Origin: Saprospiraceae bacterium
GTDB lineage: Bacteria; Bacteroidota; Bacteroidia; Chitinophagales; Saprospiraceae
DNA: 42,176 bases
Assembly: GCA_043744475.1 (NCBI GenBank)
Contig: JAYTUR010000962.1
Location: 1 to 42,176, forward strand
Direction of reading: 5' to 3'
Positions 1 to 6,902 of the stretch are shown piece by piece. Positions within the stretch are counted from its first letter, which is position 1; each line of letters opens with the position of its first letter. The position numbers and the translations under genes are program-made. Under the pieces are notes generated by a model, which was not told where the DNA came from, ran no database searches, and saw only the letters and a list, made by a program, of their open reading frames with translations.

Positions 1-330
1 CTCGATACAAGTATCGCACAAAACAGCACAGGCTTGTTGATAAGTATTGGTTTCAAAATTACCCATAATCGGGTATTCCCAATTTGCCTGATGATTCAAA
101 GCGACCATATTGACATGTTCACTGTCTTTCATCGCCGACTCACAGGCGCAGCATTTTGCTTTGCGAAAAAGGTCAACAATGGGATTATGCGGTTGATGGC
201 TGTCATCGGCGTCATCATCGTCCGCAGAGAGGATTGGATAACCACAAGAGTCGCATTCTTGAAAGGAAACCTCTTCGATTCCCCACGATGCGCCACATTC
301 GGGATTTGGGCAGCTCATATATTCTGTCAT
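1..330 (-). CDS. Cys-rich (zinc-ribbon-like) hypothetical protein; 3' end cut by the window edge
   Basis: My own minus-strand translation from ATG 328..330 gives MTEYMSCPNPECGASWGIEEVSFQECDSCGYP...KCCACES...CAVLCDTCIE, open to base 1 (110 codons). It is absent from the ORF track because there is no stop in the window. It is co-oriented with the operon, and the overlapping + ORF 34..345 looks like a shadow. Confidence 0.55.
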   Translation of the reverse strand, partial: MTEYMSCPNPECGASWGIEEVSFQECDSCGYPILSADDDDADDSHQPHNPIVDLFRKAKCCACESAMKDSEHVNMVALNHQANWEYPIMGNFETNTYQQACAVLCDTCIE

Positions 331-366
331 ATCTCTTTGATTTAATAAGTTTAAAAATAGATTTTA

Positions 367-377
367 TACTGAGGGGG
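367..377 (+). repeat. Dispersed motif TACTGAGGGGG
   Basis: Exact 11-mer. Intergenic, directly abutting the stop (378..380) of ORF 378..710. Confidence 0.95.
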
Positions 378-710
378 TTAAAATAAATTCAATTGTTTCT
401 CTGAAACAGGTTTCGGTTCTTTCAGCAGCTCCGCAATAGACGCAATAAAATCAATCCGCCGTTTGGCAACAATAGGATTAAATGCGCCCTCAACAGCCAG
501 CTGTTCGATATACTTTTCAAAGCGTTTCAACCCCGCTTCAATATCGGAATTGTAGTGCGTAGGTTTCCCCTCGAAGGCGAGGTGCGCATCTATACACACC
601 TCATACAATTTCCGCAAATAAATGCGGTGCGGATTATCCTTCGCCGCTTGGCGAAATATTAGCCCCCATGTGGAGAGGAATTCGCATTCGTCTCTGATTT
701 CTGTTCTCAT
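378..710 (-). CDS. Hypothetical early protein (110 aa)
   Basis: ATG-started ORF. Its ATG overlaps the upstream stop as ATGA (707..710). No recognisable motif. Confidence 0.6.
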   Translation of the reverse strand: MRTEIRDECEFLSTWGLIFRQAAKDNPHRIYLRKLYEVCIDAHLAFEGKPTHYNSDIEAGLKRFEKYIEQLAVEGAFNPIVAKRRIDFIASIAELLKEPKPVSEKQLNLF

Positions 711-997
711 ATTTCTTCAATTAAAATGTCAATCAAATATTGTTCATGTTTTTGGATTTCTGAATTTAGCTTAATCAATAAATTTTCCGATTTGATGAGG
801 CAGTCTAAATAGCTACTCTTTTTCTTATCGTCCATGAGGTCGCCAAATTCCTCAATCATTCGGGCGTAACAATCTCGCATAAGTTTTTCATCATTCAGTT
901 GCTTTTTTAGCGTGTCCAAAGCGATTTCGATGTCGCGCTGAATAGCGTTGAGGTTGGGTTTTGGGCTTTTTCCTATTATGAGATTTTTAGTTTGCAT
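707..997 (-). CDS. Hypothetical early protein (96 aa), coiled-coil-like
   Basis: ATG-started ORF, translationally coupled to the next ORF by an ATGA overlap. Confidence 0.6.
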   Translation of the reverse strand: MQTKNLIIGKSPKPNLNAIQRDIEIALDTLKKQLNDEKLMRDCYARMIEEFGDLMDDKKKSSYLDCLIKSENLLIKLNSEIQKHEQYLIDILIEEI

Positions 998-1062
998 TTC
1001 TTTTTAAGTTATTTTAATGATTTACTCTATCCCCCCCCCTTATGAGAAAGGGCTTTTTTATC

Positions 1063-1272
1063 TGGTCAATTGGTCAAAGAGCCTATAAATAGGCTTTAAC
1101 CCATTGACAATCAATATTTTGTGTTTGACCAAAAGTTGACCAAAGCCTTAAAAGTTTTGGTCAAAAAAATAGGCTGTTTTGGTCAAGTGGTCAAGTGGTC
1201 AACTTTGGTCAAGTTTTGGTCTACACAATTAATTGATAATCAATTAATTACAAAGGTTTGACCATTTGACCA
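1063..1272. repeat. Iteron array (putative origin of replication): TGGTCAA / TTGACCA
   Basis: Exact TGGTCAA starts at 1063, 1071, 1158, 1180, 1188, 1196 and 1206. Exact TTGACCA starts at 1125, 1136, 1258 and 1266. Variants start at 1104 and 1217 (and outside the array at 1394 and 1402). Spacing is 8-11 bp. Non-coding, next to the primase-helicase gene. Confidence 0.7.
1227..1249. repeat. Perfect AT-only palindrome inside the iteron array (possible unwinding element)
   Basis: AATTAATTGAT-A-ATCAATTAATT, 11-bp arms. Confidence 0.75.
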
Positions 1273-1408
1273 AATGCTAAATAGATTTTTATACAGGGGT
1301 CTTTTTGTAAAAATGAATCTAAAAAAAAGAGATACTATATGTCGGAACTCTTGTTTTTTAGCCCTTAGCCGACCGTTAAAGCGGTCGGTCTTTTGGTCGG
1401 TTGGTCAT

Positions 1409-4400
1409 TTATCCAACCCTCCGCACATTCTTCCTGTCAAAATTCTCGTCCGTCACAAGTAAATATTCGGTCTTACCAAATTTGACCCGCCCGTCTGTTC
1501 CTGCGGTTGGGTTAAACTCAAAACCCATGTATTTGCAGTAGAGCCGTACCTTTTCTTTGATGCGCTTTTCATCCATGTACTTTTTGTCATTCGGGAATGC
1601 ATCGGTGTAATCAATCAACACTTTCCGTTTTTCAACCGCCAAGTTGCGATAACATTGTGGGTCGTTGTTGAAAGGGTCACCATCTTCATCTGCACTAAAA
1701 TAGAGCTCGGCAAACTCCAAGAAATTCTCTCCTATTTCCTGTCTCAATTTGCGTTTTTCTAAGTCCGCGGTCGGTATCGTGTATTTGTTCAAGTCGGGAA
1801 ATTTCAAGTAGGTTTGGATGCACGTCGCCATAAAGTTGTAGAAGCGATTCCATTCCTCGTAATCCCATTCATTGAACATCAAGCGTCCGAAAGTATCCTG
1901 CGGAGTGCGAGCTGCATTGAAGTAATCTGAAAAACCAAGTAGGTATTGGCGGCGCATCGTCGAGTTGTCCGAGCCGCGTATCGCGTGATTGGTACTGAAG
2001 ATGAATTTTGGTGCAGGAATATTGAAGCGGCGTTGCCCTTTTTGATTGACCTCTACGCCCCGCGTGATTTGACTAAAAAAGTGTTCAAAATCCAAATTGA
2101 CACGGCAATCATCAAAAACAAGAATATTGGTACGTTCATCAACCCCATCGTAGATGTGTGGGTCTTCGGCGATGTTGCGCTTTTTGCCATCAATCACGAC
2201 CGTCGGCATCAGGTGTTCAAACATCGTGGCGTAAATGGATTTGCCAGAACCGCCCTGTGATTTGCCGACTTCGCTTTCGATGCCGTCCATCGCAATAATT
2301 GCCTTCATTTGGGCTTTGTTGCGATACTCATGCAACACATACCCTGCGGCAATCATTTTGCAAACGACGTGGGTAATGAGGTCTTGGCGTTCCTGCGCGG
2401 TCAATAACTCGCCGCCATCAGAGCGCGGAACGATGACATCGCGCCCATTTTCGCCTTTCTGCATCACTTCATTTTTGCGCCACCAAAAGTTTGAGGTGGC
2501 GAGCATGAATTGATACATATCGGTTTTCTTGCCCTCCTCAGATGTTTGAATTGACCACCCCTCAGTATCACCGCCTTTGACCCGCGAGATGCTTACCAAA
2601 GGCTTCGCCAAAAGCGACGGTTCAAAATTGATTATTTTGTCCGCCCAGATGGTTTTTGGTAATTCCGAAAGCGGATGCTCCTCGATGCCATCAGCCGTTA
2701 TCTTCCAATATTTTTTAGGAAAATAGAGGTATTGCGCTTCCTTTTCAGGTTCTGAAAATTCAGGCGCAGTGTAGTACATATTTGAGAGCTTATCGGGTCC
2801 GAGATACTGTGTGCCGCCTTTCAAAATCATATTTAATACCCCAATTTCGCCCAAATCCTCTGTGAAGGCTTTGATGAATTGCTGAATGCGGTGGTGGTCA
2901 ACCTCTTTCACAACCTTCCCTTCAGTGCGAATCATGCGGTATTTGTTCTTGCCCAAATCATAAAGCCCAAATCCACGATTCCTAAGAAATTGAAGACAAT
3001 TGTAATAATTGAAAGATAATGCTTCGCGCATACCTGTGCGGGTCGGTACTTCTTCGATTGTCCAATACTTTTCATACTCGAGTATTTTGTCCACCATCTC
3101 AAACCGCGCGCCGCCTTCCGCTTCTTCGTTCCAAGTCCAACGCTGTTTGTTGTACACAAATTCGCGGCGCAATTTGAGCGCGTCTTTATGAAAATCTAAA
3201 AACGATTGGGCATTGTGGAGATGCCAATGTTCGTAGATTTTTTGCGGCGACGTGAGCGTGATTTCATGCACATTCACATACTGCCCTTTGCCCTCGCGGT
3301 CAATCCGTGCGCGCTCAAAATCGGCTTCGAGTTCGATTTCTTTACCCAAAAATTGATGTACTAAAAGGTCATCCGCACCTTTCAGGACAACATCTTTACC
3401 GTAGGCAAAAAAGATGCGCAGTTCAATCCCTGCATTCTTATAACCATAGAAATAATCGCGAAATTTGACAACCGCAGAGGCAAAGGTTTTTGGTCGCCAA
3501 TCCACGTTATCCTCGTTTTTTGACAAACCTTGCCAATCTGAATCTAACAAAAACACAACGTTTTTAACCTCGCACCGCTTCAAAAGCATCTCAAGCTGCG
3601 ACGACATCCCCTCAAAAGTCAAATTATGAATACCGCCGATGCCGACAGTTTGCAAGCCGTGCAGCGTCATTTTGTCCGCTTTTTTTTCCCCCTCAGTAAC
3701 GTAGAGGGTTTCAAAAGTTTGGTGCGAGCTGTACGCCGCAATGATGGCGTTGGGCAACCAAAGCTGTGAACTGGACCGCGATGGGCTTTGGTACTTCATC
3801 GGTTTCCCTGCTTTCGACTTGTGCAATTCTGGATTTTGCCACCGCACCCGAAAATACCGTTTTGTTTTCCCCTTGGCATCGTTGTACATGACCGCCTCAC
3901 CTTTTAGATCCAGGTAATTCAATATCATGTCGTCCCCGGCGTTCAGGTTAAACATTTCGTTGACGCTGCCTTGCTCATAGCGACTGCGCTCTATAACTTT
4001 GCCACTGCCAATTTTCTCATTCCACTTGACCGCATCGGCAGGAATACCCGAAGCGAGCAACTGTAAATCCCTAAACGGCTTCTTTGAAACGGTACTTTTC
4101 ATCACATCACTTCCTTCAGTATCGTTGCCCAAATCGACGTTGAATTCACGCGCCACAATTTTGAGCGCATCAGGATAACTCAAATCCTGTGTTTTCATCA
4201 GAAAGTCAATCGCACCTATGCCGCCTTCGTCACATTTCCAGCATTTCCAAATATCCTTTGTCGCGCTCACCGAAAATTTCCCTTTTGCGCCGCACAATGG
4301 ACAATCCGCCACATGGTCGACACCCTTTTTTTTGAAAGCAAGGTACTTCGATGCGACTTCGATAAGTCCACGCTCCGCAGCTTCCTTGATGCGTTGTGCC

Positions 4401-4444
4401 GTTTCTTTTGAAATGTGTTGTTTATGTTGCGTTGCTGATTCCAT
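1409..4444 (-). CDS. Primase-helicase fusion: DnaG-type CHC2 zinc finger + Toprim primase, with a C-terminal D5/P4-like P-loop (SF3-type) NTPase
   Basis: CHC2 finger CPLCGAKGKFSVSATKDIWKCWKCDEGG. Toprim-like YVTEGEKKADK and FLLDSDWQG. Walker A GKSQGGSGKS and Walker B ILVFDDC. Lies next to the iteron array. Confidence 0.9.
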   Translation of the reverse strand: MESATQHKQHISKETAQRIKEAAERGLIEVASKYLAFKKKGVDHVADCPLCGAKGKFSVSATKDIWKCWKCDEGGIGAIDFLMKTQDLSYPDALKIVAREFNVDLGNDTEGSDVMKSTVSKKPFRDLQLLASGIPADAVKWNEKIGSGKVIERSRYEQGSVNEMFNLNAGDDMILNYLDLKGEAVMYNDAKGKTKRYFRVRWQNPELHKSKAGKPMKYQSPSRSSSQLWLPNAIIAAYSSHQTFETLYVTEGEKKADKMTLHGLQTVGIGGIHNLTFEGMSSQLEMLLKRCEVKNVVFLLDSDWQGLSKNEDNVDWRPKTFASAVVKFRDYFYGYKNAGIELRIFFAYGKDVVLKGADDLLVHQFLGKEIELEADFERARIDREGKGQYVNVHEITLTSPQKIYEHWHLHNAQSFLDFHKDALKLRREFVYNKQRWTWNEEAEGGARFEMVDKILEYEKYWTIEEVPTRTGMREALSFNYYNCLQFLRNRGFGLYDLGKNKYRMIRTEGKVVKEVDHHRIQQFIKAFTEDLGEIGVLNMILKGGTQYLGPDKLSNMYYTAPEFSEPEKEAQYLYFPKKYWKITADGIEEHPLSELPKTIWADKIINFEPSLLAKPLVSISRVKGGDTEGWSIQTSEEGKKTDMYQFMLATSNFWWRKNEVMQKGENGRDVIVPRSDGGELLTAQERQDLITHVVCKMIAAGYVLHEYRNKAQMKAIIAMDGIESEVGKSQGGSGKSIYATMFEHLMPTVVIDGKKRNIAEDPHIYDGVDERTNILVFDDCRVNLDFEHFFSQITRGVEVNQKGQRRFNIPAPKFIFSTNHAIRGSDNSTMRRQYLLGFSDYFNAARTPQDTFGRLMFNEWDYEEWNRFYNFMATCIQTYLKFPDLNKYTIPTADLEKRKLRQEIGENFLEFAELYFSADEDGDPFNNDPQCYRNLAVEKRKVLIDYTDAFPNDKKYMDEKRIKEKVRLYCKYMGFEFNPTAGTDGRVKFGKTEYLLVTDENFDRKNVRRVG
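2558..2567 (-). repeat. Dispersed motif TACTGAGGGG
   Basis: Exact 10-mer inside the primase-helicase CDS (GDTEGW). Confidence 0.9.
3688..3698 (-). repeat. Dispersed motif TACTGAGGGGG
   Basis: Exact 11-mer inside the primase-helicase CDS (VTEGE). Confidence 0.95.
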
Positions 4445-4558
4445 AAAATAGAGAGATTATTAAAAGTGCGTTGGTAAAATACACCGCCGCCATCAGTGGT
4501 GGCAGGACACTAAAATCTAAAAAGCTAAACTCTACGGGTCAGCTCCTTCTGGATGATT

Positions 4559-4735
4559 TTACTGAGGGGGTGTTAAAATAACCGTCCCTTCACCTGATGT
4601 TGTAAATCCAGCTTCATAAGAAGCGTGTAAAGCATTAATAAAATGTAAGCCGTGCATTCCTGCTTGAATCGCACGCTCTCTTAATTCTCCATATTTTAGA
4701 ATTGTGTCTGTACCGAATAATTTTACTATTTTCAT
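4559..4735 (-). CDS. Small hypothetical protein (58 aa), below the ORF-track size cutoff
   Basis: My translation gives MKIVKLFGTDTILKYGELRERAIQAGMHGLHFINALHASYEAGFTTSGEGTVILTPPQ*. The stop TAA lies inside a dispersed-motif copy. The leader AACAATTTAAAATCAAG is shared with the next ORF. Confidence 0.4.
   Translation of the reverse strand: MKIVKLFGTDTILKYGELRERAIQAGMHGLHFINALHASYEAGFTTSGEGTVILTPPQ
4560..4570 (+). repeat. Dispersed motif TACTGAGGGGG
   Basis: Exact 11-mer overlapping the TAA stop of the 58-aa ORF. Confidence 0.95.
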
Positions 4736-4770
4736 AATTGCTTGATTTTAAATTGTTTAAAAAATAGATT

Positions 4771-4968
4771 TTACTGAGGGGTATGGCTAAGAATGTCATC
4801 TACAGAGTACCAACCATGTGGTGCAATACCAATCCATAACAACCCGCTTTGGAACAGCATAAATTTTGTTATTCCAACTTGCTTTCTGACCGCCTTACCG
4901 TCGATGTACACGATAGCTTCGACCATATCCCCGACTTTGTATTTGCCTTGTGGCTCTGTTGTTACCAT
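4771..4968 (-). CDS. Small hypothetical protein (65 aa)
   Basis: The track ORF 4771..5013 starts at TTG. The in-frame ATG at 4966..4968 is preceded by the conserved leader AACAATTTAAAAATCAAG and avoids overlap with the upstream gene. The protein ends HTPQ* inside a motif copy. Confidence 0.5.
   Translation of the reverse strand: MVTTEPQGKYKVGDMVEAIVYIDGKAVRKQVGITKFMLFQSGLLWIGIAPHGWYSVDDILSHTPQ
4772..4781 (+). repeat. Dispersed motif TACTGAGGGG
   Basis: Exact 10-mer overlapping the TAA stop of ORF 4771..4968. Confidence 0.9.
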
Positions 4969-4990
4969 GACTTGATTTTTAAATTGTTGT

Positions 4991-5251
4991 TTACCTAATC
5001 TTCCCCTCCCCAAGTGTTATTACTTCCTGATGAGGTGCAATCCTTTGCAAATCAATAAACTGCGACCTGTCGCCGCCGTTTGAAAGCGCATTGATATAAT
5101 CAACTTCTGCCTTTGCAGAATCAATTAATACGCTACCAATTTCAGCAAGTGCCTTCGCTTTTTTATAATCGAACGATGTGTTGTCATCGTCAAGAAGTTT
5201 CTCCATACCTTCTATCAGTAAGTTTCTTACATCAGTCATCTTGTTTTTCAT
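4991..5251 (-). CDS. Hypothetical protein (86 aa; alternative start at 5239)
   Basis: ATG ORF overlapping the end of the HNH gene. Acidic and helical. Confidence 0.55.
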   Translation of the reverse strand: MKNKMTDVRNLLIEGMEKLLDDDNTSFDYKKAKALAEIGSVLIDSAKAEVDYINALSNGGDRSQFIDLQRIAPHQEVITLGEGKIR

Positions 5252-5858
5252 ATTTTTTAATGCGATTTTTAAGTTTATGTAATGCGTGGATTGTCTCTTG
5301 TACTTCTATTGGAAATCGTCGAATTGTATTTCTTGCCATTATTTCGGCATCAGAAATACATTCTAAATTTTCAATAGTGCAATTGAGCGTATTGCCGTCT
5401 TTGAAAACGATATTATAACCTGGTGCAATTTTGCCATGCTCTTGCTCCCAAATCAGCCTGTGCTTTTCGACCCATTTATTTCTTTGGAGCCGTATGTACA
5501 GATATTTTCGTTGAGTACCGACCTCAATCCTCAATGATTCAGCACCGTCAAATTTTGTATTGCGCGGCTGCCAACCCTTCCTGAAATGACCGATTTTTGT
5601 TTTTTCTATGGCTTCATTAGACATGTAGTCAGTCTGCTTTTTCCCTTTTGTAAAGGGAATGTTCCCTTTCTTGAACTGACCGATTGTACTCCTTTCTGCT
5701 CGGACTGTATCATCTAACCGCAATCCGAGCGTGTTTCTGCGATTTTTAATCGCGCTACGGCTTCTATCAGGCAGCAGATTATACAGCTGCTCTACGGTTA
5801 GTTTTCCGTGTTCGCGGCGTAGTATTTCATCTTCTTCAGGTGTCCACCAAGTTTTCAT
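5232..5858 (-). CDS. HNH-family endonuclease with an N-terminal SANT/Myb-like DNA-binding domain
   Basis: N-terminus WWTPEEDEILRREHGKLTVEQL...AIKNRRNTLG. C-terminus KHRLIWEQEHGKIAPGYNIVFKDGNTLNCTIENLECI (HNH_3-like). Confidence 0.75.
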   Translation of the reverse strand: MKTWWTPEEDEILRREHGKLTVEQLYNLLPDRSRSAIKNRRNTLGLRLDDTVRAERSTIGQFKKGNIPFTKGKKQTDYMSNEAIEKTKIGHFRKGWQPRNTKFDGAESLRIEVGTQRKYLYIRLQRNKWVEKHRLIWEQEHGKIAPGYNIVFKDGNTLNCTIENLECISDAEIMARNTIRRFPIEVQETIHALHKLKNRIKKYEKQDD

Positions 5859-6166
5859 GCGGCAGTTTGAGTTTGAGCGATTAAAGAATCTGTGTTTATA
5901 AGCGTCACAACGCCATCCGCACTGATATCAATTAGCCCCTGTTTTATCCCCGCTGACATAAGTTCGTGAAATTGTGGCAGTGCCATTCCTACTCTTTCTG
6001 CATTATGTCTTAATTCCACATACAGAATTTCCGTTTTGCCTTCAAAAAGGCTTTTCATTTTTTCTTGATTATTCATATTCAATGCTTTATAGAGTTCTCT
6101 GAAATACCTTATGCTCTCAACCTCTGAAGCGAGATAACATGAGGCGATTATTAAAATAACTATCAT
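5855..6166 (-). CDS. Hypothetical protein (103 aa; possibly starts at the internal MNNQEK, 6076)
   Basis: ATG ORF with an ATGA overlap to the HNH gene. C-terminal part is winged-helix-like (LPQFHELMSAGIKQGLIDISADGVVTL). Confidence 0.5.
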   Translation of the reverse strand: MIVILIIASCYLASEVESIRYFRELYKALNMNNQEKMKSLFEGKTEILYVELRHNAERVGMALPQFHELMSAGIKQGLIDISADGVVTLINTDSLIAQTQTAA

Positions 6167-6202
6167 AAGTCTTTGTATTTATGAGTTAAATTTTATTGCG
6201 TT

Positions 6203-6246
6203 TTGATATAAAATAGGCTTCGCCATCCGCGCCGTTTGGCGAAGCC
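6203..6246 (-). terminator. Intrinsic terminator-like hairpin
   Basis: Stem GGCTTCGCC (6216..6224) / GGCGAAGCC (6238..6246), followed on the minus strand by CUAUUUUAUAU. Confidence 0.55.
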
Positions 6247-6398
6247 GTGTTAAAAAATAGTTAGTATGTTGCTTCTGTTGAAATAAAATCACGTTGCATC
6301 GCCTCGAAATTCGGGACGGCAACGATTAGAAAAGTTATAAATAGTATCATTACACACGTGGAATTATAAGATTAAAAAAAATGATGTTCCGTGTGTAG

Positions 6399-6623
6399 TT
6401 ATCTCTGTCTCAAAAAAAAGTCAATATATCTGAACGCATTTTGTTGATGCGTCAAGTAGTTACAGTATTCAGAAACCCGATTTGGGTGATGGCGGAAAAG
6501 AAATTCTACCACACTACCCTTTTTGGGCACTTCTATTTCAAAGCCGTCGGCGAATCGTAGGGTCATTACATTGTTTTGACAATGAAAATGAGACACAATA
6601 CACTGAAAATCACACAGAACCAA
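6399..6623 (-). CDS. Hypothetical protein (74 aa), weakly supported
   Basis: The track ORF begins at TTG, and the first in-frame ATG would give only ~53 aa. Followed by the terminator hairpin 6216..6246. Confidence 0.3.
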   Translation of the reverse strand: MVLCDFQCIVSHFHCQNNVMTLRFADGFEIEVPKKGSVVEFLFRHHPNRVSEYCNYLTHQQNAFRYIDFFLRQR

Positions 6624-6704
6624 TTTATTGCCGTGCAGGTGTTGCAGGGTTTTTGAGGCTCTTGTATTTTCAGTTGATTTAGGTCGTGGCTTATTTTCTC
6701 TCTG

Positions 6705-6902
6705 TTATTCATTGTTCACCTCCTTAATTTCTACAACAACTTGCCATTTTTTCACAACCCCTCGTTTTTTGTGGTCGCGCGAAATATGCAAGTCTTTTTT
6801 CGTTAACTTCCGCATTGTGAGAAAATCGGGTAACATTGTATCGCCATCTTCAAATTCAACCGCAAGCATATAGCCAAAGGCGGGTATTTTCAGCTTACTC
6901 AT
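6705..6902 (-). CDS. Small hypothetical protein (65 aa; a longer 84-aa form would start at 6959)
   Basis: ATG 6900..6902 is embedded in AATGAGTAA, overlapping the stop of the upstream 731-aa gene (coupling geometry). Confidence 0.45.
   Translation of the reverse strand: MSKLKIPAFGYMLAVEFEDGDTMLPDFLTMRKLTKKDLHISRDHKKRGVVKKWQVVVEIKEVNNE

Noticed and set aside
34-345. Plus-strand ORF 34..345, and the many other plus-strand track ORFs nested inside long minus-strand genes (e.g. 1946..2260, 8297..8884, 18341..18655, 24260..24679, 35029..35430).
   Set aside because: They lie antisense to much longer, motif-bearing minus-strand genes and have odd compositions (Cys/Ser/Phe-rich). They also break the operon logic, so I treat them as shadow ORFs.
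1063-1272. Whether the iterons, or the heptamer block at 37441..37546, could be a CRISPR array.
   Set aside because: The repeat units are only 7 nt with no unique spacers of 25-40 nt, and there are no cas genes. They are not CRISPR.
1274-1462. Plus-strand ORF 1274..1462 within the origin region.
   Set aside because: It spans iterons and a hairpin, overlaps the primase-helicase stop, and is basic and low-complexity. It is more likely non-coding origin DNA.
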